From: an uncultured Pseudomonadota bacterium
Lineage (GTDB): Bacteria > Pseudomonadota > Alphaproteobacteria > RF32 > CAG-239
Direction: 5' to 3'
Length of the DNA: 64,000 nt
Assembly: GCA_947054505.1 (NCBI GenBank)
Contig: CAMRWU010000009.1
Span: 2,449 to 66,448, forward strand
The position numbers and the translations under genes were made by a program. This document shows positions 48,117 through 56,935 of the stretch, piece by piece; the stretch's first letter is position 1, and every line of letters begins with the position of its first letter. The notes beneath the pieces are model-generated. The model worked only from the letters and a program-made list of their open reading frames with translations. It had not been told where the DNA came from and searched no databases.

Positions 48117-50042
48117 TTATCTGTTTTGTGATGGCATCTGCGCTTCTTTTTGTAAAGCGGAAATAAAATCATCAAGCTTCAAAACTTCTTGCTTGTCCGA
48201 ACCCAAACGGCGAACGGTAACGGTTCCGTTTTCGCGTTCTTTGGCACCGACAACGGCAATAACCGGTATTTTGGCAACGGAATGTTCGCGGATTTTGTAG
48301 TTAATCTTTTCGTTGCGCAAATCCGTTTTGGCTGTTAAGCCGGCCATGCGCAATTTACGAGCCACATCTTCTGCGTAATCATCAAATTCGCTGACAATCG
48401 GAGCGACGACAACTTGTTCCGGAGACAACCACAATGGTAACTTGCCGGCATGATGTTCAATCAAGATACCCAAAAAGCGTTCAATTGAACCGAATAATGC
48501 GCGGTGCAACATAACCGGTTGGTGTTTTTCACCGTCTTCACCGATATATGAGATATCAAAACGCTGTGGCAGGTTCATATCCATTTGAACAGTTCCGCAT
48601 TGCCATTCGCGGCCGATGGCGTCACGCAAAATAAACTCGAGCTTCGGACCATAGAAAGCGCCTTCGCCCTCGTTGATTTCATAAGCATAACCGTGTTTCT
48701 CCAAGGCATTGGCCAACGCCTTTTCAGAAATGTCCCAAATCTCGTCAGAGCCGATACGTTTTTCCGGACGGGTTGACAGATAGATTTTGATATTGTCAAA
48801 ACCAAAGTCTTTATAAATATCAAAAATCAATTCCATTGTTCTGACGCATTCGTCTTCCATTTGATCAGGTGTGCAGAAGATGTGGGCATCGTCTTGTGTA
48901 AACTCACGAACACGCATCAATCCCATCAGAGAACCAGAGGCTTCATAGCGGTTGACCATGCCAAATTCAGCGATTCGCAACGGTAAATCACGATAAGATT
49001 TAATCCCTTGTTTGTAGACCAACAAACCACCTGGGCAGTTCATCGGTTTAACGCAGAATTGTTTGTCATCTTCTGTTTTGCCGGAGTAATTGTGGGCACC
49101 GTATTTTTCCCAGTGTCCGGATGTTTCCCACAAGCAACGATCCATAATGCGCGGAGTGGAGATTTCGACATAACCGTTATTTTCCTGACGTTTGCGCATA
49201 TACTCAATCAAACGACGATAGATTTTATAGCCTTTGTCATGCCAGAAAACAGCACCGGGGGCATAATCAGGTTCGAAGTGGAACAAGTCCATTTCTTTCG
49301 CCAATTTGCGGTGGTCACGTTTTTCAGCTTCTTCCAACATTTTCAGATATTCATCTAATTCTTTCTTTGAGGTCCAAGCCGTTGCGTAAATGCGTTGCAA
49401 CATTTCCTTGGTTGCATCTCCGCGCCAATAAGCACCGGCCACTTTCATCAACTTGAAAGCGTTACCGATTTTGCCGGTAGACGGAACGTGCGGACCGCGG
49501 CACAAATCTGTAAAATCACCTTGGCGATATAATGAAATCACTTCACTTTCCGGCAGGTCTTCAATGATTTCAGCTTTGTAGTTTTCACCCATATCTTTGA
49601 AAAACTTGATAGCTTCATTGCGCGGCATAACGATACGTTCGATTTTTTCATCACGCTTAACAATCTCATGCATTTTTGCTTCGATTTTTGCAAAATCTTC
49701 GGTTGTGAACGGTTCTTTACGAGCAAAATCGTAATAAAAGCCGTTTTCAATAGCAGGTCCGATAGTAACTTGAACATCTTTCCAGAGCTCTTTGACTGCC
49801 TGAGCCATAACATGGGAGCAGGAGTGACGGATGATATGCAGGCCTTCCTTGTCTTTACCGGTAATGATGGTTACGGTTGCGTCGGTAGTGATAGGAGTGG
49901 TCAGATCCTGCAATGTTCCGTTAACGGTGATGGCTAATGCGGCCTTTGCCAAGTTAGGACTGATTTTATTGGCGACATCAAGTCCGTTAATGCCGTCCTC
50001 CATATTCAAAATTGACCCATCGGGTAATTTAATAGCAACCAT
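48117..50042 (-). CDS. thrS: Threonine--tRNA ligase
   Basis: TGS domain, DLCRGPH, RDHRKL, KPMNCP, FTQDDAH, GAFYGPK, HRALFGSIERF. Confidence 0.99.
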   Translation of the reverse strand: MVAIKLPDGSILNMEDGINGLDVANKISPNLAKAALAITVNGTLQDLTTPITTDATVTIITGKDKEGLHIIRHSCSHVMAQAVKELWKDVQVTIGPAIENGFYYDFARKEPFTTEDFAKIEAKMHEIVKRDEKIERIVMPRNEAIKFFKDMGENYKAEIIEDLPESEVISLYRQGDFTDLCRGPHVPSTGKIGNAFKLMKVAGAYWRGDATKEMLQRIYATAWTSKKELDEYLKMLEEAEKRDHRKLAKEMDLFHFEPDYAPGAVFWHDKGYKIYRRLIEYMRKRQENNGYVEISTPRIMDRCLWETSGHWEKYGAHNYSGKTEDDKQFCVKPMNCPGGLLVYKQGIKSYRDLPLRIAEFGMVNRYEASGSLMGLMRVREFTQDDAHIFCTPDQMEDECVRTMELIFDIYKDFGFDNIKIYLSTRPEKRIGSDEIWDISEKALANALEKHGYAYEINEGEGAFYGPKLEFILRDAIGREWQCGTVQMDMNLPQRFDISYIGEDGEKHQPVMLHRALFGSIERFLGILIEHHAGKLPLWLSPEQVVVAPIVSEFDDYAEDVARKLRMAGLTAKTDLRNEKINYKIREHSVAKIPVIAVVGAKERENGTVTVRRLGSDKQEVLKLDDFISALQKEAQMPSQNR

Positions 50043-50056
50043 TTTAAATTTTTCCT

Positions 50057-51208
50057 CTATTCATTTATAAGTTCTTGATAAACAGCAATAGTTTTATCAC
50101 ACATAATTTGTTTTGTAAAATTATCTCTTGCATTTTTTATGGCTGCCCGTGAAATTTTTTGTTTTTCATCTTCGGGAAGCTCAAGCGCCCAATCCAGAGC
50201 ATCGGCCAAAGATTGCGCATTATTGCTGGCAAACAAACGACCGCTCACACCATCAATGGTGTTGTCTAAGGAACCGCCGATATTGGACGCGATAACAATC
50301 TTGCCCATGGCTTGACCTTCGATGGCGATTCGGCCGAAAGCCTCCGGTTCGATAGCTGTCGAAAGAATAACATTTGACACCATCATGAGGGCGGGAGCGT
50401 CAACGTAGGCGCCAAAAAAGCCGACTCTGTCTTGGAGATTATATTTTTGAACCAATTTTTTTAAATATTCAAGATATTTATAGCGTCCTTGATCTGCGCC
50501 GGCAATAATACAGTAATAATTCTGATTTTTCATCAGGTGTAGGGCTTCAATCAGCAGATGTTGTCCCTTCCAACGGGTAATGCGCCCCGGTAATAAGATG
50601 ACCGGCTTGTCTTCGGCAATATTGTAGTCATGAATTTTGTTAATCATTCGTTCTTGTGAAACAGCTTCCGGTGCATATTTTGCAACATCCACGCAACGAA
50701 AAACCAAACGCAGTTTCTTTTCATCAACTTTATAATTGCTCAAAACATGGTTTTTAATATGGTTGGATATGACAATAACGCGTTCGCCGTAAGTCATCAC
50801 ACGGTTGTAGAGTTTTTTTATGCCGCCAAAACCAAGTCCGTATGTGCCGTGATAAGTTGTCATAAACTTGACACCGGCGCGTTTGGCCGCCCAATAAGCG
50901 CTCCACGCCGGAGCACGAGAACGGGCATGCACAATATTGATGCCGTTTTCTTTGATGAACTTTTCAAGCTTTTTTGCATTGCTGAGCATCGTGAAGATAT
51001 TTTTGCTTTTGAGGGGAAGTGTCAGGTGTTTGACTTTTAGCTTATCCAGCTCATAAGTTAAGCGTCCGCCTTGCGAGGCTACAAAATTTTTGATTCCCTT
51101 TTCTGTGAGCCCTGCGGCGATTTCGACAGTTCCGGTTTCCACACCGCCGGTTTCCATTTCCGGAAGTACCTGTAAAACGACTGGTTCTTTATTCATCTCG
51201 TTAATCAC
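50057..51208 (-). CDS. Glycosyltransferase family 4 protein
   Basis: LQVLPEMETGGVE, HARSRAPAW, PGRITRWKGQ, EPEAFGRIAIEGQAMG. Confidence 0.92.
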   Translation of the reverse strand: MINEMNKEPVVLQVLPEMETGGVETGTVEIAAGLTEKGIKNFVASQGGRLTYELDKLKVKHLTLPLKSKNIFTMLSNAKKLEKFIKENGINIVHARSRAPAWSAYWAAKRAGVKFMTTYHGTYGLGFGGIKKLYNRVMTYGERVIVISNHIKNHVLSNYKVDEKKLRLVFRCVDVAKYAPEAVSQERMINKIHDYNIAEDKPVILLPGRITRWKGQHLLIEALHLMKNQNYYCIIAGADQGRYKYLEYLKKLVQKYNLQDRVGFFGAYVDAPALMMVSNVILSTAIEPEAFGRIAIEGQAMGKIVIASNIGGSLDNTIDGVSGRLFASNNAQSLADALDWALELPEDEKQKISRAAIKNARDNFTKQIMCDKTIAVYQELINE

Positions 51209-51317
51209 TTCGATTCCTGTTAGCTAATCCAATATTTTTTCAAGCCAATGTACAACCTATTTTATCTTGCGCCAAGGAAAATAAGCTAAAGACTAACAAA
51301 TATGCACAGTATTTGTA

Positions 51318-51782
51318 CTAGAATTCCTCAAAGCCGAACGGCTGACGCAAAGATGGCTTTCTGGCTTTGTAGAGGTTAATGTTTGTAATCTCGGGGATAT
51401 CGTGTTCTCTTTTCCAATATCCTTTGCTGCGCATGCATTTGGCGTAGTTTGTCGGGCTGATATCTTCGTCGTCGTAACGAGAGTTGACAATCAGCGGTTG
51501 CGCTCCGGGGTAAGGAATGTATGAAGCCCAGATTCCTTTGGAGGATTTCCAGTCAGCGCGCGTGTCGAGTTTTGTTTCCTCCGTATAAAACCAGGTTCTG
51601 AAATCTGGCATAAGCTTGAATTCTTTTGCCGCCATGAGGCATTCCGCATGATCACGAGAAAATTTTTCAACGCCGGTATGGGGTTTTTCCCAGTGGTAGA
51701 CGACTTGTCCGCTTCCTTTGGCAAAATAGGTGCAAGAACACAGGAAAACAGCAAGCAGGGGAATATAGGGTTTTATCTTCAT
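51318..51782 (-). CDS. Hypothetical lipoprotein
   Basis: Lipobox LCSC; RDHAEC...CMRSKGY pattern. Confidence 0.75.
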   Translation of the reverse strand: MKIKPYIPLLAVFLCSCTYFAKGSGQVVYHWEKPHTGVEKFSRDHAECLMAAKEFKLMPDFRTWFYTEETKLDTRADWKSSKGIWASYIPYPGAQPLIVNSRYDDEDISPTNYAKCMRSKGYWKREHDIPEITNINLYKARKPSLRQPFGFEEF

Positions 51783-51790
51783 ATCAAATC

Positions 51791-52456
51791 CTAAAAATCA
51801 AGATTGGCATAATGCTTGGCCGGTAGGATACCGCGGATATTGTCTTTAAGAATATCCTTAAAACAAGGGCGTGACTTCAGCCGTGAATACCAAACTTTTA
51901 CATTGCGGAAATCTTCCCATGGAACATCCCCCAAGTAGTCAACAATGGACAAGTGAGCCGCGGCAGTCAAATCCGCAAGAGAAAGGTTGTCATCGGCCAG
52001 ATTTTTGCGGCGTTCCAACAGCCAGTCCATATATTCCATATGATAAATTAAATTATTCAGTCCGATTTTGAGTATTTTTGAATCGGGAGCCAGACCTTGC
52101 GCAAAGCGTTTGTGCACTTTTTCGTAGACAAGATTGCGATATACTTCTCGATAAAATTTAGAATCAAACCAGTCTGTAAGACGTCTGATTTCAGCTTTTT
52201 TTAAAGCATCGCCAAAGAGTAACGGTGTTTCGGTATTCGTTTCTTCAAGATATTCGGTAATGGCATAGTGTCCGGAAATAATGTTGCCGTCATTCAAAAA
52301 AATAGGCAATTCGCCTGCCGGATTTAGTTTGAATACTTCTTCGGAAGGTTGCCACGGCAAGTCTTCTTTCAGGATAAAAAGCATTTTTTTCTCGCTCATC
52401 AGAGCGCGGACTTTGCGTCCGAAGGGAGAGACCGGATGATGAATTAACAAAACCAT
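51791..52456 (-). CDS. fzlA: GST-family FtsZ-binding protein FzlA
   Basis: LNPAGELP, AEIRRLTDWFDSKF, AAHLSIVDYLGDVPW, KSRPCF and C-terminal HYANLDF, as in alphaproteobacterial FzlA. Confidence 0.8.
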   Translation of the reverse strand: MVLLIHHPVSPFGRKVRALMSEKKMLFILKEDLPWQPSEEVFKLNPAGELPIFLNDGNIISGHYAITEYLEETNTETPLLFGDALKKAEIRRLTDWFDSKFYREVYRNLVYEKVHKRFAQGLAPDSKILKIGLNNLIYHMEYMDWLLERRKNLADDNLSLADLTAAAHLSIVDYLGDVPWEDFRNVKVWYSRLKSRPCFKDILKDNIRGILPAKHYANLDF

Positions 52457-52547
52457 ATTTTACGCCTTTCTTTTATTAAAACTAAGTTTAGCCGCTTGTA
52501 AAAAAAAGGTCAAGCTACAACAAAGTATATTGGATTTTATCCGCAAT

Positions 52548-53426
52548 TTATTGTTCGGAAGTTTCTTCTGTTGGTGTGTCTGTCACAAAAGTGGGTGGAA
52601 CGACACCTTCGTATTTTTTTCCGATATCATTTATTGTTTTTATTAAAAGCTCTTTTATGGCATCTCGATTCTTCTGTTCTTTGGCATAATGCGTCAGTTT
52701 TTGCGCTAATAATTTGCGGTGCGGCGATATTTTTGAGATGCCGATAAAGAGAGGGATATTCCATAGAGCCTGCTTGGAAATGCTGATTTGCTCGCGCAAT
52801 CCTAATTTATATGCTTCAATCAGTCCGGCATATTGGCTGATGAGGATGTAATCAGCTTGCTTGGTAAAAAGTTTTTCAAACAGATTGTATGGCGTGTCAA
52901 TTTTTTCAATGTTGTATTCTTGGAGTTGTTGCTCGACAAAGTCGCTGTACACTTCTTTTTCCAGTCTGACACCTTTGAGTTTTTTCAGGTCGTCTGTTGA
53001 TTTAACATCCGAAATGCGATTGGGAAGCATAAAGACGGTAACCGGATTATTGATAATGGATGGAAAAATAAGTTCCAATCCTCGATAGAGTTCTGTTTCG
53101 TGGTAGGCGCCCAAGATGAGGTCAATTTCGCCGCGGCGCACTTTTTGAACCAAATTTTCATAGTATTTTTGTTTGAGGTCGTAAGATATTTTGAGGTTGT
53201 TTTCTTTTTGGATTTGCAAAATCATCGGTTTCCAGATGCTGTCAAAGCGCCCCAGTAAAGGTTCTCCGGGGTGTTCGACGGCACCGAACGGAGCATAGTC
53301 GACAAATCCGGTGATATTCACATCGCGGAGCTTTGTTTGCACTTTTTCCGTGTAACGTACAAATGCGTGAGCGTTAAGGCTGAGAACAATTGCACACAGG
53401 CATCCCAAGATTATCTTTTTCGGCAT
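52548..53426 (-). CDS. Periplasmic substrate-binding protein (family 3-like), orphan
   Basis: Signal peptide; DYAPF, GEIDLILGAY, DDLKKLKG, ADYIL. Confidence 0.75.
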   Translation of the reverse strand: MPKKIILGCLCAIVLSLNAHAFVRYTEKVQTKLRDVNITGFVDYAPFGAVEHPGEPLLGRFDSIWKPMILQIQKENNLKISYDLKQKYYENLVQKVRRGEIDLILGAYHETELYRGLELIFPSIINNPVTVFMLPNRISDVKSTDDLKKLKGVRLEKEVYSDFVEQQLQEYNIEKIDTPYNLFEKLFTKQADYILISQYAGLIEAYKLGLREQISISKQALWNIPLFIGISKISPHRKLLAQKLTHYAKEQKNRDAIKELLIKTINDIGKKYEGVVPPTFVTDTPTEETSEQ

Positions 53427-53529
53427 AGAACTCTCCGGTGATTTATTTTCAAAAATTTACGATTAAGTAACATAGTATAAACTATACTGAAATAGTGTTA
53501 AAAAATATTTTATATGCAGGGTTATTTTA

Positions 53530-53901
53530 ATGGATAAAGTTGGAAATTATTCGCAAACGCAGGTAAGCGGATTAGGACAGGCGGAGCTTGAAAGTCGCGC
53601 ATTGGTTCGAACGGCGGGAGCGTTAAATGCCATTAAAGAAAACTGGGAGCAACGTCGGGATGAGTTGGATGAGGCGTTGGAAAAGAACCGAAAGTTGTGG
53701 GCGATTTTTGCCGTAGCGATGCATGAGAACGATTGTCCTTTGCCTCCGGAGTTGAGGGTAAATATTCTAAACCTGTCAATGTTTGTTTTTCAGCGCACTC
53801 TGGATATACAAGAAGCTCCGGCACCGCAAAAGCTTGATGTTTTAATCAATATCAATATGAATATTGCCAAAGGGCTCGTAGGCAATATTGAAGATAAGTA
53901 G
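53530..53901 (+). CDS. flaF: Flagellar biosynthesis regulator FlaF
   Basis: ELESRAL, ALEKNRKLW, LPPELRVNILNLSMFV, LININMNIAKGL. Confidence 0.88.
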   Translation: MDKVGNYSQTQVSGLGQAELESRALVRTAGALNAIKENWEQRRDELDEALEKNRKLWAIFAVAMHENDCPLPPELRVNILNLSMFVFQRTLDIQEAPAPQKLDVLININMNIAKGLVGNIEDK

Positions 53902-53902
53902 T

Positions 53903-54868
53903 TTACTCTTTATACACATTCCATGTTGACAAGATAATGTTGTTCAAGTCGCTGTGTGTTGCTTTCCAGCCTAAAATGTCTCTTGCCTTTTGAGCGGAGG
54001 CGGTAATAACGGCGGGATCACCTGCGCGACGAGGGGCAAATTCATAGGAGATTTTTTTGCCGGTCAACTCTTCGGTTTTTTTTATCATTTCCAAAACGGT
54101 GATGCCTGTTGCGGTGCCAAGGTTAAGAATTTGGCTTTCAGAGCTGGTGTTGAGGTATGAGAGGGCTTTGGTATGGGCTGTTGCCAAATCGGAAACATGA
54201 ATATAATCCCGAATGCAGGTCCCGTCACGGGTGTCATAATCATTGCCGAATATCTTTAGTCCGCTTCGTGTGCCGTTTGCAGCTTCCATCACAATCGGCA
54301 ACAGATTTTGCGGATTGTCTTCCAGTCCGCGAACATCGCCGTTTTCATCATAGCCGACAGCGTTAAAATAGCGAAGTGATACAAATTTGATGCCTTTGAG
54401 TTGGTCATACCATTCAAAATATTTTTCCATATCATATTTGGTAAAACCATAAAAGCTGATGGGGTTGAGCGGATGTTTTTCATCGACAGGCAAATAGACG
54501 GGGGAGCCGTAAACCGCGGCTGAAGATGAGAAGACCAGCTTCTTGACATTATGTTTGCACATAGAGTTCAAAACATTGACGGTGCCGCAAATATTGTTTT
54601 GGGCATAGAGTTCTGGGGTTTCCATCGATTCTCCGACAGCTTTTTTCGCGGCCAATAAAATAACCGCGTCAACATTCCGTGCCATAGCGGCATCCAACTC
54701 TTCTTTGTTAAGAATGTCACCGATAATGTAGTCGGCCTTGTCAAAAAAGTTGATTTTTTTTCCGGTAGAAAGATTGTCAAAAACACTGACTTGAAAATTA
54801 TTTTTCAATAGATTTTTAACAACATGGCTTCCGATATAACCGGCGCCGCCAATGACCAGAACGTGCAT
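53903..54868 (-). CDS. galE: UDP-glucose 4-epimerase
   Basis: GGAGYIGSH, VGESM, FSSSAAVYG, YGFTK, LRYFN, DGTCIRDYIHV, RRAGDP. Confidence 0.96.
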   Translation of the reverse strand: MHVLVIGGAGYIGSHVVKNLLKNNFQVSVFDNLSTGKKINFFDKADYIIGDILNKEELDAAMARNVDAVILLAAKKAVGESMETPELYAQNNICGTVNVLNSMCKHNVKKLVFSSSAAVYGSPVYLPVDEKHPLNPISFYGFTKYDMEKYFEWYDQLKGIKFVSLRYFNAVGYDENGDVRGLEDNPQNLLPIVMEAANGTRSGLKIFGNDYDTRDGTCIRDYIHVSDLATAHTKALSYLNTSSESQILNLGTATGITVLEMIKKTEELTGKKISYEFAPRRAGDPAVITASAQKARDILGWKATHSDLNNIILSTWNVYKE

Positions 54869-54959
54869 GAAAAAACTCCTTTTATAAAAAACTTTAAAAA
54901 TAATATAAAAAAAGTATTGACGTGTCCAATTAAATATATTATTTATGCATTCATCTTGT

Positions 54960-55045
54960 GGGGGTATGGCGGAACTGGTAGACGCGCTAGACTCAAAATC
55001 TTGTGGCCTCAGGCCGTGTCAGTTCGAGTCTGACTACCCCTACCA
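54960..55045 (+). tRNA. tRNA-Leu(CAA)
   Basis: Acceptor GGGGGTA/TACCCCT followed by A-CCA; D-loop TGGTAGAC; anticodon loop CT-CAA-AA; long variable arm; T-arm GTCAG-TTCGAGT-CTGAC. Confidence 0.96.
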
Positions 55046-55049
55046 AGTC

Positions 55050-55082
55050 AAAAATCCTGAACAAATTGTTCAGGATTTTTTT
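55050..55082 (+). terminator. Intrinsic terminator after tRNA
   Basis: AAAAATCCTGAACAA-A-TTGTTCAGGATTTTTTT. Confidence 0.9.
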
Positions 55083-55146
55083 GTTTGCCTAAGAACGTTA
55101 TCGTTGATATGCTGTGATAAAATTCAAAATGCGTGGGATGGTATGA

Positions 55147-56436
55147 ATGCAAAGTGTTGAACTGTATCGGCAAGCTCGTTATGACGAAGCGGAAATTTCT
55201 GCGCGAAAAGAACTGGCGTGCGATAAAACTAATCATGATGCTTTGCAGGTTCTGGGGAATGTATGTTTTATTCGTGGCGATTTTTTTGCGGCGCTGAGTT
55301 TGTATCGTCGAGGTTTTTTGCTGGGAACGGATAAGGCGGATGTCTTCAATATTGCCAATGTTTTTTTTCAGTTGAAAAAATATCGTCAGGCGGCCTTGTG
55401 GGTAAAAAAAGCTTTGACGATGGATGATGCTTTTTTTGATGCTTGGATTTTGCTGGGGCAATGTCAAATGGCTTTGGAGCAAAACATGGAGGCTACAGAC
55501 AGTTTGAGAAAAGCATGCCGACTGAAAAGTGATGATGTTTGGGTGCATAGCTATCTGGGGCAGGTTTTGCAAAAAAACGGAGAATACGATGCTGCTTTGG
55601 AAGAAGCATTGTGTGCGGTATTGTTGAGCGGCGGTGAGGATTCTCAGCAAATAAATATGGCATATGCCTTGTATGAAACGGCGCTTGAAAACGGGAAGGA
55701 TTCGATACAAAAATTTGCTTCTGCATGGCAACAAAAATATGCGGGAAATCCGATTGTCGATTACGCACTGGCGGCACTGGTTTCTGATAAGAAAATTTTA
55801 AAATCAGACGCTTTGTATGTGCGTAAAATATTTGATATATTTGCAGAAGATTTTGAGGAAACTTTAGCCTCTTTGGACTATCGTGTTCCGCAGATTATTG
55901 CTACGGAATGTAAGGCGTTCTGTGAGGAAAAAATATTACAAGAGTGGCGGATTCTTGATATGGGATGCGGAACCGGATTGTGTGGAAAATTTTTGGCTTC
56001 TCTGTATTTAAAGATAAGTTTGGATGGTGTTGATATCTCTGCCGAAATGTTGAAAAAAGCCGCTGAAAAAAATGTTTATAAAAGTTTGTTTTGTGATGAT
56101 GTTGAACACTTTTTTGCGATGTCGGATTCTCTTTATGATGTGATTGTTGCGGCTGATGTTTTGACCTATTTCGGAGCACTGGAAAACATATTTTTTCAGG
56201 TTAAAAAACACTTGAAAAAAAACGGGGCTTTTATCTTTTCCGTAACGCAAAATTCTCTCAATGATGATGACAGTTTTCTACATATGTCCGGACGATTTTT
56301 GCATACGGAAAATTATGTAAAAAAGGTAGTGAAGCAGTGTGGTTTTATGGTAAAAAAACAACAAAGCTGTAAGCTCCGAGAAGAGGGGGATTCCGAGGTG
56401 TTCGGCTGGATATTTTGCATAGAAAAAAGCTCCTGA
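55147..56436 (+). CDS. TPR-containing SAM-dependent methyltransferase
   Basis: N-terminal TPR repeats; YVRKIFDIFAEDFE...LDYRVP, LDMGCGTGLCG, GVDISAEML, AADVLTYFG, SGRFLH. Confidence 0.88.
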   Translation: MQSVELYRQARYDEAEISARKELACDKTNHDALQVLGNVCFIRGDFFAALSLYRRGFLLGTDKADVFNIANVFFQLKKYRQAALWVKKALTMDDAFFDAWILLGQCQMALEQNMEATDSLRKACRLKSDDVWVHSYLGQVLQKNGEYDAALEEALCAVLLSGGEDSQQINMAYALYETALENGKDSIQKFASAWQQKYAGNPIVDYALAALVSDKKILKSDALYVRKIFDIFAEDFEETLASLDYRVPQIIATECKAFCEEKILQEWRILDMGCGTGLCGKFLASLYLKISLDGVDISAEMLKKAAEKNVYKSLFCDDVEHFFAMSDSLYDVIVAADVLTYFGALENIFFQVKKHLKKNGAFIFSVTQNSLNDDDSFLHMSGRFLHTENYVKKVVKQCGFMVKKQQSCKLREEGDSEVFGWIFCIEKSS

Positions 56437-56452
56437 ATTCAGGAGCTTTTTT
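56423..56452. terminator. Bidirectional intrinsic terminator
   Basis: Perfect palindrome AAAAAAGCTCCTG-AATT-CAGGAGCTTTTTT overlapping the stop codon. Confidence 0.85.
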
Positions 56453-56475
56453 ATTAAATTTTTTCTGCAGAAAAA

Positions 56476-56709
56476 TTACTTGGAAGATTTTTTTGCAGTT
56501 GCTTTTTTGCAAGAAGCTGTTGAGCTTTTTTTAGCTGTGGAAGTCTTCTTTGCGGCAGATGTTTTGCAAGAACTGCTCTTGCAATTTTTGTTGTTCAACT
56601 GCTCAACAGCCATAGCCCAAAAATACTCATCTTGACCTTGCGGACAGCCGGCATTTTGCCAATTGTAGTAAGCTGCTTCTCTGATAGCATTTTCAAGATT
56701 TTTGATCAT
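56476..56709 (-). CDS. DUF2934 domain protein with K/A/S/T-rich basic tail
   Basis: IREAAYYNWQNAGCPQGQDEYFWAMA matches DUF2934; GGAG SD before ATG 56709. Confidence 0.82.
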   Translation of the reverse strand: MIKNLENAIREAAYYNWQNAGCPQGQDEYFWAMAVEQLNNKNCKSSSCKTSAAKKTSTAKKSSTASCKKATAKKSSK

Positions 56710-56751
56710 AATTACTAACTCCAAATAAAATTTTATTGGTAAACATTTATT

Positions 56752-56867
56752 AATATACAATCAAAATTAAATACGTCAATACTAATCATCTGAATTTGTA
56801 CATTTTATAAAATATTTTTTTTGCGGGACTTAAAAAGCTTGCATTTAAAATTATAAGAAATTATAGA
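56752..56867. promoter_or_regulatory. Divergent sigma70-like promoters (DUF2934 / glgB)
   Basis: Minus strand: TTGACG-16-TATATT (56779-56752). Plus strand: TTGCAT-17-TATAGA (56839-56867). Confidence 0.45.
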
Positions 56868-56935
56868 TATTAAAACAGGCTGTGCCTGAAGATATTTAAG
56901 TCTGAATTATGGTGTTAATTTCAAGGAAATATTAT

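Noticed and set aside
54960-55045. G1-U72 wobble and a U-U mismatch in the anticodon stem of tRNA-Leu
   Set aside because: Within normal tRNA variation; all other conserved elements and the CCA end are intact. The overlapping ORFs 54824-55033 and 54945-55160 are spurious.
54960-56452. Possible island integrated at tRNA-Leu
   Set aside because: No integrase and no duplicated tRNA 3' end (att site) seen; the downstream TPR-methyltransferase is a common chromosomal family.
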